IMG/VR virus record: IMGVR_UViG_3300021962_009794
Source: a virus
Lineage: Duplodnaviria; Heunggongvirae; Uroviricota; Caudoviricetes
Length of the DNA: 64,000 nucleotides
Strand: one strand, 5' to 3'
The notes under the pieces are model-generated. The model did not search any database and was not told the origin of the DNA. It saw only the letters and a program-made list of their open reading frames with translations. This document shows positions 1 through 9,822 of the stretch, in pieces (within the stretch, counting starts at the first letter, position 1; each line of letters starts with the position of its first letter). The translations under genes were made by a program, and so were the position numbers.

Positions 1-271
1 AGATAGATCCGTAATAAGCTCTGATTGCGTCTTCTGCAAGTTTTTCTAGTTCTTTCTCTTTTCCTGCTTGGATTTGTCTTGCTCTAGAAACCAATGACAT
101 GAATCTAGGGATATCAGCTCCGTGTCTTCTTTGAAGTGCATCTAATCTTTCTTTGGCTCTACCTTCAACTTTTGAAAGGTAATCTCCTTCGCTTCCGCCT
201 TCCCCAGGTATCCCTGGATTATCTCTTAAAGAAGCCTCGTCTACTAATTGTGTGAATGACTTAAGATTCAT
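1..271 (-). CDS. hypothetical protein, 3' end beyond window (starts MNLKSFTQLVDEASLRDNPG...)
   Basis: Open frame on minus strand from ATG (complement of 269-271) to the window edge; coding-like composition; not in ORF track because it is truncated. Confidence 0.4.
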   Translation of the reverse strand, partial: MNLKSFTQLVDEASLRDNPGIPGEGGSEGDYLSKVEGRAKERLDALQRRHGADIPRFMSLVSRARQIQAGKEKELEKLAEDAIRAYYGSI

Positions 272-527
272 ATCTGTCTTTTAATTTTGAAATGTCGAAT
301 TTTATAGGTGCTTTAGACTTCTTAAGCTCTCTCATAAATCTATCAACAACGTTAGCTGCTTTAGCTTTAGGAGCTGGATCAACAGCTGGTTTGTCCCTTC
401 TGATTGGGCTTGGCCTTGAAGGAGTAGGTCTAGTTCCAGGATCAACCCCAGGCTTGGTAGTTGGCTGGCTAGGAGCAGTTTGGGGCTTAGCTGCCAAAAA
501 CTCGTCTATTTTGGTGAAAACTTTCAT
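261..527 (-). CDS. hypothetical Pro/Thr-rich small protein
   Basis: 88-aa ORF; TATATATC promoter motif at 547-554 about 20 nt upstream of its start. Confidence 0.4.
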   Translation of the reverse strand: MKVFTKIDEFLAAKPQTAPSQPTTKPGVDPGTRPTPSRPSPIRRDKPAVDPAPKAKAANVVDRFMRELKKSKAPIKFDISKLKDRYES

Positions 528-546
528 AGTTGGTTTTTAATTTGAA

Positions 547-554
547 TATATATC
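547..554 (-). promoter_or_regulatory. GATATATA-type promoter-like motif (minus orientation)
   Basis: tatatatc about 20 nt upstream of the minus-strand start at 527; member of a motif recurring upstream of many start codons. Confidence 0.35.
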
Positions 555-557
555 ATC

Positions 558-566
558 GATATAAAT
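558..566 (+). promoter_or_regulatory. GATATAAAT promoter-like motif
   Basis: 10 nt upstream of the ATG at 576; variant of the recurring GATATATA(A/G) element. Confidence 0.3.
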
Positions 567-575
567 TTATACCTT

Positions 576-2120
576 ATGATGAAATATAGTTTCCCAACAT
601 TTTCTGAGAAGCAAGCCCTGATGGAAAACGTCCAGGCTGCTAAGGACTATCTTTTAAAGAGATATGCTTTAGCAAAGAAGATAAAAACCTCCGAGATCGA
701 CGAAGAAACCAAAAAAAAGATACTAGACGATCCTAAATTTAAGGAAATTAAGGACTTAACTGCAAAATTTCCGGGGTACACACCAATGTTCGTGAGATTT
801 AGATTCGATCAAAAAGCTCACATGGAGGAACTAAAAGAGATTTTTGATAATCTAATGAAATATAGACAAACTCTAGGACAGGATTTGTCTATGAACATTA
901 ATGATTATGCTAAAATAGAGCCTACTGAAGATGATATCCGTCCAGGATATGAGGTTTTGGGAGACGACCTTAGAAACATTGAGAGAAAAAGAAAACTAAG
1001 AAAGTTTTACTCTGAACTAACAGGTAAAATGAGAAAGGTTTTTGCAAAAGCAACAGACAAACAAATTGACGACCTTACAGAAATCTCCAACCAATTAGAA
1101 CAGTTGAAAGACAAAGACGGAAAAAATGCTTGGAAAGAATTCACCAAAGGTCTAAAGAAATACGAAGACACCAGAACTTATCCTGAGTATAAGGATGAAA
1201 AGGTGGCTTTCTCGGATATTATTAAAGATGCCTTAGAATTTGTAGAAGGATGGGACCAAGATGAATCTGGATTACTTAAGAAACTTAAGGATCTAGGTCC
1301 AATGGCTGGTATTCTTTATTCTAAAGACGGTTACATCGTGGAATCTGCAAGAACACCGGAAGCTCAAAGAGCAATATGCTCAGACACAACATGGTGTATC
1401 AGAAATGATTCAACATTCTGGACATATGGTGGCGGCAGAGTACAGATTAATATCTATAACGGAAACGTTCCAGTTACCGATATCCATAGCTTAGTTGGAA
1501 TCACAGTTAACCAAGACGGATCGATTCACACTGATGCAACAAGACCTAATAACAGATTAAAAGACAAAAACGGTAACAATTTCAGAACATTAAAAGATGC
1601 GCTAGAAGGACTTGGTTATCCCAAGGATCTAGTTGATACCGTTATGTCTAAGTTCAAAATGGAGTGTGACATTAAGATCGCTCTTGAAAGATACTACAAA
1701 GACGGATCAGGTCTTACTGTTAGAAACATCATCGAATCACTTATCGCAACTTCAAAAGGTTTCTTAGCTGGTGCTATGCCACAGGAAGACTGGGAAAAAA
1801 TCTCTGGATTGGTCGCTCAGATCATCTTCGATGTTAAAGGTCTTAAGAAAAGTGACTTTATGAAAGAGTTTAAACAATACGGTATCTTTAGTGAAGCAAC
1901 ACTAAACGTATTCAACAGACTTATAGGCGACGATTACACCAAAGATGATATCGAGGAGATATTAAAAGCAACCGAAAAAGGAATCGAGGAGATTAAGTAT
2001 GTTTTGGAACTCAATGCAGAAGGAAGCCTACCATTAAAATCCGCCCAAATTGAGAGCATGAAAAATGTGATTAAGGAGGAGGAAAACATAGCCAAAAGAA
2101 TTAAATCTAAATTAAAATGA
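576..2120 (+). CDS. hypothetical protein, tandem paralog A (514 aa)
   Basis: Long ORF sharing two blocks with the next gene: GILYS.DGY.V.S.RT.EAQ...CS...WCI and a C-terminal IIESLI..SK...E.WE.ISG.VA.II...K.DFMKEFK..GIF...NVF...IG.DYTK.DIE.IL block. Confidence 0.8.
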   Translation: MMKYSFPTFSEKQALMENVQAAKDYLLKRYALAKKIKTSEIDEETKKKILDDPKFKEIKDLTAKFPGYTPMFVRFRFDQKAHMEELKEIFDNLMKYRQTLGQDLSMNINDYAKIEPTEDDIRPGYEVLGDDLRNIERKRKLRKFYSELTGKMRKVFAKATDKQIDDLTEISNQLEQLKDKDGKNAWKEFTKGLKKYEDTRTYPEYKDEKVAFSDIIKDALEFVEGWDQDESGLLKKLKDLGPMAGILYSKDGYIVESARTPEAQRAICSDTTWCIRNDSTFWTYGGGRVQINIYNGNVPVTDIHSLVGITVNQDGSIHTDATRPNNRLKDKNGNNFRTLKDALEGLGYPKDLVDTVMSKFKMECDIKIALERYYKDGSGLTVRNIIESLIATSKGFLAGAMPQEDWEKISGLVAQIIFDVKGLKKSDFMKEFKQYGIFSEATLNVFNRLIGDDYTKDDIEEILKATEKGIEEIKYVLELNAEGSLPLKSAQIESMKNVIKEEENIAKRIKSKLK

Positions 2121-3583
2121 GAATAGTACTAGAATCTTTCAGAGTTTGGCTAGATATTCAAAGAATTGACGAAAACATCTCTGCTACTAAAGGTTTTATG
2201 CAGAGTAGATATGCCGAGCAACTTAATAAGAGAGCAAATGAACTAACTCCGGAAGAGAGAGAAGAAGCATTAAGAGACGAGGGCTATTTAAAGATCGTTG
2301 ATCTAACTAAGGGTTACCCCGGATATGCAATGCCATTCATTAAGTTCTATTTTGAACAAGGTGTAACATTAGAACAGCTAGGGGAAATCCTAAACATAGC
2401 AAGGAACGAAAAGCACATACTCCAGCAGTTAAGTAAACCAATAGATCAGTGGGCAAACACTGCAGAAGTGGATGGGCTTACTGGATTCGCTCAATTGACC
2501 AATGAGATTAGTGCTATAAGAAGAGCCAAAGAAGCTAAATGGTTTGTTGATGATATGCCTAGAGAATTAAGAGACAGGTATCGTTCAGCAAGTAAGGATA
2601 AACAGGAAGCATTGAATGATCTAGCTATCGAATTAAAAAAATTGGACGGTAGAATAGTAAAACGCTTAATTGCTAAAATTAAATCCCTGTCAACTTGGCC
2701 TATAGAGGACGTAACTTCTTATGTAGCCAGCTACGTTAAAGGCTACCAAAATTTAGGACTCCAGAAGAAAATGGAGGAATTAGAAAACATCGCTCCGCAA
2801 GCTGGTATTCTTTATTCTGATAGTGGTTATCTGGTAATGAGTATGCGTACCGAGAAAGCACAAAAAGAATTATGCTCTGTTGGAGTTTGGTGTATTAACA
2901 AAGGAAGTTTTTACAACTATGCTGATAAGGGACTTCAGATTAACATTTTCAATTTTTCTTTAGAATCAACCGATCGAATGTATCTCGTCGGAACAACTAT
3001 AACATTCGATGGAAAAGTTACCAATTGTCACGATATAAATAACACCTCGATTCTTAGATCTACCGATCCTAGAAAAAACTATGAAATGCTAGGATATCCG
3101 GAGGATTTGATAGAAGAAGTAATGAACAAATTCGACAGAGAATGCAACATTAAAAAGGCAGTCGATATGTTCTATAAAAGATCAAACGATCTTACTGTTC
3201 AGAAAATAATCGAATCCCTGATAATATCATCTAAAGCTCTAATAGAAGGAACCATTACGGAAAAAGAATGGGAAAATATCTCCGGAATTGTTGCAGAAAT
3301 AATTGCTGAACAGAAGAAGATAACCAAAAATGATTTCATGAAAGAATTCAAAGAAATGGGAATATTCAACCAGGCAGGTTTAAATGTTTTTGATGCTATC
3401 ATCGGAAACGATTACACTAAATCGGACATAGAGGATATATTAGCAAGTACTGAATTTGTCATCGCAGAAATAGAAAATATTCTTAATAGTGGAGGTGGAC
3501 GAAATCAAAAGGATCTCGAAAAGTTCCAAACCGTACTAAAAAACAAAGATGAAATAATAGAAAAAATCAAAGCTAAATTATAA
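2117..3583 (+). CDS. hypothetical protein, tandem paralog B (488 aa)
   Basis: Overlaps the previous stop by 4 nt (ATGA); same conserved blocks as paralog A. Confidence 0.8.
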   Translation: MRIVLESFRVWLDIQRIDENISATKGFMQSRYAEQLNKRANELTPEEREEALRDEGYLKIVDLTKGYPGYAMPFIKFYFEQGVTLEQLGEILNIARNEKHILQQLSKPIDQWANTAEVDGLTGFAQLTNEISAIRRAKEAKWFVDDMPRELRDRYRSASKDKQEALNDLAIELKKLDGRIVKRLIAKIKSLSTWPIEDVTSYVASYVKGYQNLGLQKKMEELENIAPQAGILYSDSGYLVMSMRTEKAQKELCSVGVWCINKGSFYNYADKGLQINIFNFSLESTDRMYLVGTTITFDGKVTNCHDINNTSILRSTDPRKNYEMLGYPEDLIEEVMNKFDRECNIKKAVDMFYKRSNDLTVQKIIESLIISSKALIEGTITEKEWENISGIVAEIIAEQKKITKNDFMKEFKEMGIFNQAGLNVFDAIIGNDYTKSDIEDILASTEFVIAEIENILNSGGGRNQKDLEKFQTVLKNKDEIIEKIKAKL

Positions 3584-3584
3584 T

Positions 3585-4829
3585 ATGGAAAAAGTTTCAA
3601 AATACGACGAATTCATAGGAGAAGCTTATTGGAGCAAATCTTGGTTAAATCCTCCAGGAAGAGATCTAATAGATTCATTCGATGGCAATCTTCCGTCAGC
3701 AAGAGACCTTAAAAGAGGACTTGGGGTAACTGTTCAAAGATTAGATGATCAAAAAATAAGACTCCATATAGCTGGAAGCTCAATGCCTAAAACTGCTATG
3801 TGGGTTAATGAGGACGGAAACTACTGTTCAGAACACTACTCAAGCAAACCTGGATTAGAAACTTACGGTTTTGCCAGCTTTGATACTCCACAAGAACTAT
3901 TCAGACACATCTGGCTTAGAATCGTTAAGAACGGTATACCAGCTTCACTCATAAGTAAGAGAGATGTTAACGAGAAGGTTAATTTTGATGAGATGTATCC
4001 TGCAGGTGAAGAGCTTGATCTTGACGAAATCAGGGAAAGATTAAAACCACTGATGGGTGGGGATCAATTAGCACATCCTTCCAATTCGGAGCTTCTAGAA
4101 CTTGCAACAATGCAAAGATTGATTGAGCTCGACTTCGTGGGAAAAATGGACAGATATTCAGGAAATAAGAGCGTTAGCTTAGTAAGAGACATTTCCAAAG
4201 GCGGTAAAGTTAAATACTACTTCTACCTAAGAGCATTAGAAAGAGCTAAACAGCTTTATGGTGATCTAATTAAAGATCTAGTGGGTGGAGACGCTCACGG
4301 ACAAATGATTCAGAAAACCGACTACGAAACATGGACTGTTACAAACACCCAAAGAATGCCGATCAACTCAGTTAACTTCAGAACAGGCGAAAACACACTA
4401 AGATGTAGATTGGAAGACGTTGAGATGTTTAACGCGATTTTCATTGCTATTGCAAAAAGAACTTTTAAAAGAGCTAAAGGTAGAAAGCTAGACGAGAAAT
4501 TAGTTATACCCGGATGGAGAGCGTCAGCTGATGATAAACAAACAATGGAAGAGCTAAATGATCTTCTAGCAGACTATTTCCATGATGCAGCTGCAGAAGT
4601 GAGCCAAACAGTTTTCTTTGACAAAGAACACGACTCAACAGCAGTACACGAGAATGCTAAAGCAATTCTAATCAAGTACCTTTTAAAAGAAGGGTCAATG
4701 TCAGTTAAGAGCCTAATCACAGGAAACGATAAAATGACTCAGTATGTTGATATGGCAACTAAGATTGAAGACATCGACGGATTAACTAAGAGATTGATCA
4801 ACGTTTCTAGAGCATTAAGATACGTATAA
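3585..4829 (+). CDS. hypothetical protein (414 aa)
   Basis: Uninterrupted ORF tightly packed after the paralog pair. Confidence 0.7.
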   Translation: MEKVSKYDEFIGEAYWSKSWLNPPGRDLIDSFDGNLPSARDLKRGLGVTVQRLDDQKIRLHIAGSSMPKTAMWVNEDGNYCSEHYSSKPGLETYGFASFDTPQELFRHIWLRIVKNGIPASLISKRDVNEKVNFDEMYPAGEELDLDEIRERLKPLMGGDQLAHPSNSELLELATMQRLIELDFVGKMDRYSGNKSVSLVRDISKGGKVKYYFYLRALERAKQLYGDLIKDLVGGDAHGQMIQKTDYETWTVTNTQRMPINSVNFRTGENTLRCRLEDVEMFNAIFIAIAKRTFKRAKGRKLDEKLVIPGWRASADDKQTMEELNDLLADYFHDAAAEVSQTVFFDKEHDSTAVHENAKAILIKYLLKEGSMSVKSLITGNDKMTQYVDMATKIEDIDGLTKRLINVSRALRYV

Positions 4830-4830
4830 T

Positions 4831-5826
4831 ATGAAAGAATTAAAACCGATATCTAATTTTCTATCAGAAAGAAGAAGACAAGACATCTGTTCGGGGTGTG
4901 GAAAAAGTATAGAGGATCAAGAAAAAGAGTGTCCAACATGTGGAGCATTTCCCCATAAAGCATATCACGAAAGAGCAGCAGCCAAAACTTTAGGTATTTC
5001 TAAATGGCTTCAGAATGCTCCCGTTATGCAACCAAATCAAAAATTAAGCGAAAATATAACAAAACCAGAAAATATGAACAACATAATTAAATTCGGTGAA
5101 TTTGTAGAATCAAGAATTCACGAAAGCGAAACAGAATGGGATTTCCTAGACCAAGCTTGCTTAGAAGAAGGTTTAGACGAAATGATAGATGAAATCTTAA
5201 ACGAAGGATTACTTTCCAACCCTTCTGAATTGGCAGGAAAATTAACCTCTATAATGACATCTTCCACTAGCAAGGTATCCAAAGGTATGGGACAAGAATC
5301 GGTAGACCCTAAGTTAGAAGGAATATTAAAAGGATTGAGTAAAGGTATAGCAGAAACAATGTCAAAAGCTGGAGGCAATCCGGGTGAATTCAGAAAGGCA
5401 CTTGCAGGAAACAAAGAAATGAAGAAGATCTCCGACATTTTCACGAACTCTTTGAAAAAGTTAATCGATTCGGCTAAGTCAGATCCCACTGTTTTATTCT
5501 CTAAACAATTCGGTCAAACTCTTGCAGGTCTATACATAGTTCGTAAAGTAGCTAAGGGAGCAATAGCTAAGCAAAATAAGGATTTTGCAGACTCATTTAA
5601 CATGTCGTTATCTAAAGCTGTGAATATGAAATCCGCTACTCCAATGAACATGAAGCCTAAAAAATCATCTACTGCTAAACCTGGTGCTAAACCAGCTGAG
5701 ACTAAAACTGCTGATGCAAAACCGGCTGAGACTAAACCGGAAGCAGCACCACAACCAGCTTCATCGACTTCTTCTACTAGCACAGAAACAACTACAACTA
5801 CCCCAGAGGATAAGAAGACAGCATAA
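4831..5826 (+). CDS. hypothetical protein with N-terminal CxxC...CPxC zinc ribbon and C-terminal AKPAETK / S-T-rich low-complexity tail
   Basis: CSGCGKS...CPTCG motif; KPAETK repeats and STSSTSTETTTTTP tail visible in the translation. Confidence 0.65.
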   Translation: MKELKPISNFLSERRRQDICSGCGKSIEDQEKECPTCGAFPHKAYHERAAAKTLGISKWLQNAPVMQPNQKLSENITKPENMNNIIKFGEFVESRIHESETEWDFLDQACLEEGLDEMIDEILNEGLLSNPSELAGKLTSIMTSSTSKVSKGMGQESVDPKLEGILKGLSKGIAETMSKAGGNPGEFRKALAGNKEMKKISDIFTNSLKKLIDSAKSDPTVLFSKQFGQTLAGLYIVRKVAKGAIAKQNKDFADSFNMSLSKAVNMKSATPMNMKPKKSSTAKPGAKPAETKTADAKPAETKPEAAPQPASSTSSTSTETTTTTPEDKKTA

Positions 5827-5848
5827 GAATCCTCTTATAATTTTAAAA

Positions 5849-5876
5849 ATCCAGCTCAAAAGGCTGGATTTTTTGT
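5849..5876 (+). terminator. rho-independent terminator
   Basis: tccagc-tcaaaag-gctgga hairpin followed by TTTTTT, directly after the stop at 5826. Confidence 0.6.
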
Positions 5877-5935
5877 GAAAATATTTTTTTTATCCGCGCT
5901 ACCATATTACTTTTGCTTCAAAGAAGCTATGTATT

Positions 5936-6160
5936 ATGGACATAAAAATATGGGACGCTAGAAACCGTCAATGGCTTGAGCCGATGTCAATTTATTTTGG
6001 CAAGGGAAACACAATCTGGAAAATCAATGCAGTTAAAGTAGGCGAGGATCCGCTTTCTGACGGATGGTATGACATCCAGGGCGAAGATCTGAAGAAGGTA
6101 GCTGTTATTGGAGACATTAAGCACAACGTCCACCTTGTGGAAAAAGAAAAGAAAAAATAG
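5936..6160 (+). CDS. hypothetical small protein (74 aa)
   Basis: ORF with ATG start after the terminator. Confidence 0.45.
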   Translation: MDIKIWDARNRQWLEPMSIYFGKGNTIWKINAVKVGEDPLSDGWYDIQGEDLKKVAVIGDIKHNVHLVEKEKKK

Positions 6161-6161
6161 A

Positions 6162-6764
6162 ATGAATAATTTTGATCTAATAAGAAAAATGCTGAGCTTT
6201 CCTGACGAGAATGCTTTTTACTTCCTTCAGATACTTAAAAGAAGAAAGGATAATCCAGATCTCAGAAAGGATATGGTTCTGCTTTCTGATTATTACATTT
6301 ATAGTCTGGAGCAGTTTGATGACCTAAAGCAGAGAATTATAGATCAATGTGACACAGAGAATGCTAGGGCATACTTTAGACTTAATCGTAGGGACGCTAA
6401 GAAGGTCGCTATGCAAGTTTTAAAAAGAACGGTAGATCATATTATGTCTGAAAATTATCGTGCAGTTAAGAACGCCTTTGCGTCCTGTGCGGGTGAATAT
6501 CATTCAGATCCAGATAAGAAGTGGATTGTCGATATAGACTGTGTTAGCATAGACACGTTTAATCACGCAGAAGTTTACAATGAAGTCAGAAATTTGATAT
6601 TGGATCTACAATCAGAGGCAGGAAAAGAACCGATGCTAAATCTTATAAGAAGCAAAAGCGGTGTTCATATTGTGACACGACCATTTAATCTAAATAAATT
6701 CAAATCCAGATTCCCCGATATTGATGTCCATAAGGACAACATGGTTATATTATACTGTAAATAA
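6162..6764 (+). CDS. hypothetical protein (start MNNFDLIRKML)
   Basis: ORF-track ORF 6108..6764 trimmed to the first ATG (6162) that does not overlap the previous gene. Confidence 0.6.
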   Translation: MNNFDLIRKMLSFPDENAFYFLQILKRRKDNPDLRKDMVLLSDYYIYSLEQFDDLKQRIIDQCDTENARAYFRLNRRDAKKVAMQVLKRTVDHIMSENYRAVKNAFASCAGEYHSDPDKKWIVDIDCVSIDTFNHAEVYNEVRNLILDLQSEAGKEPMLNLIRSKSGVHIVTRPFNLNKFKSRFPDIDVHKDNMVILYCK

Positions 6765-6781
6765 TTATCCTTATGAACATT

Positions 6782-6790
6782 GATATATAA
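6782..6790 (+). promoter_or_regulatory. GATATATAA promoter-like motif
   Basis: 19 nt upstream of the ATG at 6809. Confidence 0.35.
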
Positions 6791-6808
6791 TAAAAAAAAT
6801 ACCAATCA

Positions 6809-7510
6809 ATGTATCATTATGTTTATAAATTGGAGCATTTGGAAACGTCAGAATTTTACATAGGAAGCAGAAGCTGTAAATGCCACCCAACGATGGATAA
6901 TTATAAGGGATCTATGCTGACATGGAAACCAGATAAGAGTATGCTAAAAAAAATTATTTTAGATGATAGTTTTAAAAACAGGGAGGAAGCAATCCTATTT
7001 GAGGCAGAGATGATTATTAAAAGTATAAATGATCCTCTTAATATGAATTTTTCAATTCCAGGAAAGTTCTTCCATACAGTAGGTATGGTAACTGTGATAG
7101 ACAAAGATGAAAATATATTTTTAGTAAGCAAAAATGATAAAAGAATAGAGAGTGGAGAACTTGTATACTTATGGAAAGGTAAAACCCACACGGATAAAGC
7201 TAAAGAAAAAATGTCGGATTCCGCTAAAAATAGAAAAATCACCGAAGAGATGGAAAAATTCAGAAGAGATGAAATATCTAAAACTCTTAAGGGTATTCCT
7301 AAAAGTAAAGAGTTTTGTGAAAATATGTCGCAAACAAGAAAGGGTGGGAACAATCCATATTCTAAATATCTAAGAGACAATAACATAGAGCATCACTCAA
7401 AGGGTAAAATATATGAAAAAGCGTTATGCCCTCATTGTAACAGAATGATATCAACTACGATTATACACGTTGCACACTTGGACAATTGTAAATCTAGAAA
7501 TAATATATGA
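6809..7510 (+). CDS. GIY-YIG family homing-endonuclease-like protein
   Basis: N-terminal HYVYKLEHLETSEFYIGSRS (GIY...YIG spacing); C-terminal CPHCN...HLDNC zinc-finger-like segment. Confidence 0.55.
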   Translation: MYHYVYKLEHLETSEFYIGSRSCKCHPTMDNYKGSMLTWKPDKSMLKKIILDDSFKNREEAILFEAEMIIKSINDPLNMNFSIPGKFFHTVGMVTVIDKDENIFLVSKNDKRIESGELVYLWKGKTHTDKAKEKMSDSAKNRKITEEMEKFRRDEISKTLKGIPKSKEFCENMSQTRKGGNNPYSKYLRDNNIEHHSKGKIYEKALCPHCNRMISTTIIHVAHLDNCKSRNNI

Positions 7511-8955
7511 CAGCAAAGAAAAAAAGAAAACCAATAATAGATTTAGAATCTCTTAACTCAGATCAGAAGACAGCTTTTGAGGATTTAAGAGATTTCATCT
7601 GTGATAAGGGAGATGATAGCGTCTATGTTTTAAAAGGTTGGGCGGGTACAGGAAAGACCTATTGTGTGAGCGTTCTTGTTAGATACGTTCTCGAGGTCAT
7701 ACACCCAACTCATAATTGGTATAAGATTGGAGTTACTGGGCCTACAAATAAATCCGTGAGAGTTATTAAGAAAACAAGCGGACTTAGAAATTCAAGGGTT
7801 ACATTTCAAACTATCCACAAACTTCTTGGTCTAACAGAAAGGATAACCAAAGACGGCCAACAGGAGTTCGTCAATCAAGGTGATTTCCAGCCAAAGATCA
7901 AGACTGTAAAGCTCCTGATCATCGATGAGGTTTCGATGTTGAACGACGATCTATTTCAGGCTATCCTAAAATACCGGGACAAGATAAAGGTTATCTGCAT
8001 GGGAGATCCTGCTCAGATTCCTCCGGTGGGAAGACCTGATTGTATTCCGTTTAGGGAAGAACTTGCTGAAAGTTACAGAATCAAGACTCTAGATCTAAAA
8101 CAGATCATGCGTCAGAAATCAGATAATGCTATTATCGAATCTTCTGTGGCTATACGTTCCGATTTAGGTAAGGCAAAAAATCCGGTTGAACCTGTCACCA
8201 AACTAAATGCTAAAGGTGAGGGTATAGAATTTTTGAACCTGAACGATCCTGATATAAGAAAAGGATTCTCCGAAAGACTGAAAGGATATTTCGTAACTGA
8301 GGATTTCAAAAAAGATTCGGAGTACGCCAAGATTATTGCATGGAGAAATAAAACAGTTGCAACCATGAATGACGTTATCCGCAGGGTTATCTACGGAGAC
8401 GAGGCTTTGGGTTCTAAGATATTAGTTGGCGAGAAGCTCATTGCTAATAGCCCGATTATTCAGGGGGAGAGCATAGTGCTAAATACCAACGAAGAGTTCA
8501 CAGTGGAAAGCTTCGAGATCAAAAACGACGATCTACGATATAAGATTTCAGATCACCCTGATGCAGATCCATTAGCAGTAACTCTCAAATATTACAGTGC
8601 GACTGTTTCCTATCTTGACGACGAGGAAGATCTTATTAAAGTAAACATAGAAATCCTTCATGAGGATAGCGAGGATGAATTTAAAAAATTAGCGAACATC
8701 TTTAAATTAAGGGCTATTGAAAAGAAGGGTAAAGATAAGAGCTGGATTATCTACTACAACTTCCTCCGAAAGTACGCTGATGTGAATTACGGATATTGTA
8801 TAACCGCACACAAAGCGCAGGGAAGCACCTATAACACCACGTTTGTGCTTGAAGACGATATTGACATGAATTGGGATATCGTCGAGAGAAACAGAATCAA
8901 GTACACAGCTTACACCAGATCTAGTAAAAAACTATACGTTCTAAAAAGATTCTAA
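7507..8955 (+). CDS. dda: Dda/RecD-like superfamily 1 DNA helicase
   Basis: Walker A VLKGWAGTGKTY; Walker B LLIIDEVSML; C-terminal CITAHKAQGSTY and AYTRSSKKLYV motifs typical of the Dda/RecD2 family. Confidence 0.85.
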   Translation: MTAKKKRKPIIDLESLNSDQKTAFEDLRDFICDKGDDSVYVLKGWAGTGKTYCVSVLVRYVLEVIHPTHNWYKIGVTGPTNKSVRVIKKTSGLRNSRVTFQTIHKLLGLTERITKDGQQEFVNQGDFQPKIKTVKLLIIDEVSMLNDDLFQAILKYRDKIKVICMGDPAQIPPVGRPDCIPFREELAESYRIKTLDLKQIMRQKSDNAIIESSVAIRSDLGKAKNPVEPVTKLNAKGEGIEFLNLNDPDIRKGFSERLKGYFVTEDFKKDSEYAKIIAWRNKTVATMNDVIRRVIYGDEALGSKILVGEKLIANSPIIQGESIVLNTNEEFTVESFEIKNDDLRYKISDHPDADPLAVTLKYYSATVSYLDDEEDLIKVNIEILHEDSEDEFKKLANIFKLRAIEKKGKDKSWIIYYNFLRKYADVNYGYCITAHKAQGSTYNTTFVLEDDIDMNWDIVERNRIKYTAYTRSSKKLYVLKRF

Positions 8956-9017
8956 TAATTATTTTTTTACCCCGAAAGATTTACTTATCATTGTGGTAAA
9001 ATAATTAAAAGAGAATT

Positions 9018-9497
9018 ATGTTAGTAGACTTATCTAAGGGGGAAGAAGAGGTTCTTTCGGGAATAAGAAAGGATAGGAGATACAATGAGGGCAACTTCGA
9101 AATCAAGTACATCGAGCTTTCAGCGGAGATTCGTTCTGTTGTAGAGGCAGCAAAGATCTACATTCTTGACAACTATAAGAAGGTGAAAGATTACAAAGAT
9201 CTCCATCTCATGTTGAGATGTGCCAATCACGACGGAACTCAATACTTTGGACCAAAGAGCAAAAAACCTAAGAAAGATCAGGGGATAATTAGCAAAACAT
9301 TAGAGAATGCCATAAAGCGTCTTGACAAGCAGACAATCCAGATCAAGAAATTCGATGAAGCTGTTTATGATTGGACTGACGGAGACTTCTCTGTTGTTTT
9401 CAACGGAGTTAATTACAATTGGATTGACGGCAATTCGATAGTGGACATAGCATCTTATATAGAGAGAAAAATTGAGGAAGGTAATAAGGTTTTATAG
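9018..9497 (+). CDS. hypothetical protein (159 aa)
   Basis: ORF ending at TAG 9495-9497. Confidence 0.55.
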   Translation: MLVDLSKGEEEVLSGIRKDRRYNEGNFEIKYIELSAEIRSVVEAAKIYILDNYKKVKDYKDLHLMLRCANHDGTQYFGPKSKKPKKDQGIISKTLENAIKRLDKQTIQIKKFDEAVYDWTDGDFSVVFNGVNYNWIDGNSIVDIASYIERKIEEGNKVL

Positions 9498-9822
9498 AGA
9501 CGAGAACAAAAGATGGTACGCAGATCTACCTGAGTACATTGCACAAGGAGGAACTGTGGAAGAGTGCGAGATGGTTTCCGGTGCCGATGATTGGCTAGAC
9601 TACATCTCGGGAAACCGAGATGCCGTTGTTTTAACTTTATCTGATCAGAATTCGCTATCCGAGAAAATGCTTTTATATGAGAGCGACGAATACGGTGCTA
9701 CTTATATAGCACACACCTACAAGGAAGAAGACGTTAACCAAGTACTTTGGCTTTGTCCAGTTACTGTTTTTGTATTCGGTAACTATCCAAGCACAATTTA
9801 CTATCACGTAATAAAGGAATGA
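9472..9822 (+). CDS. hypothetical protein (no ATG start; TTG at 9472 or internal ATG)
   Basis: ORF in the +1 frame overlapping the previous gene's end; start uncertain. Confidence 0.4.
   Translation: MRKVIRFYRDENKRWYADLPEYIAQGGTVEECEMVSGADDWLDYISGNRDAVVLTLSDQNSLSEKMLLYESDEYGATYIAHTYKEEDVNQVLWLCPVTVFVFGNYPSTIYYHVIKE

Noticed and set aside
292-540. Plus-strand 82-aa ORF antisense to the 261..527 minus-strand gene, and similar antisense or overlapping ORFs in the track (3199..3402, 5118..5489, 5514..5783, 5684..5878, 6901..7386, 7152..7373, 8112..8366, 12273..12578, 12696..12959, 17384..17668, 21905..22219, 46733..47113, 47114..47317, 54992..55255, 58762..59025, 60384..60656, 61605..61853, 62115..62480, 62877..63161, 63607..63973 and others)
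   Set aside because: They lie inside and antisense to, or out of frame with, longer ORFs that have clear homology or operon context, and have low-complexity or Ser/Leu-rich translations typical of spurious frames.
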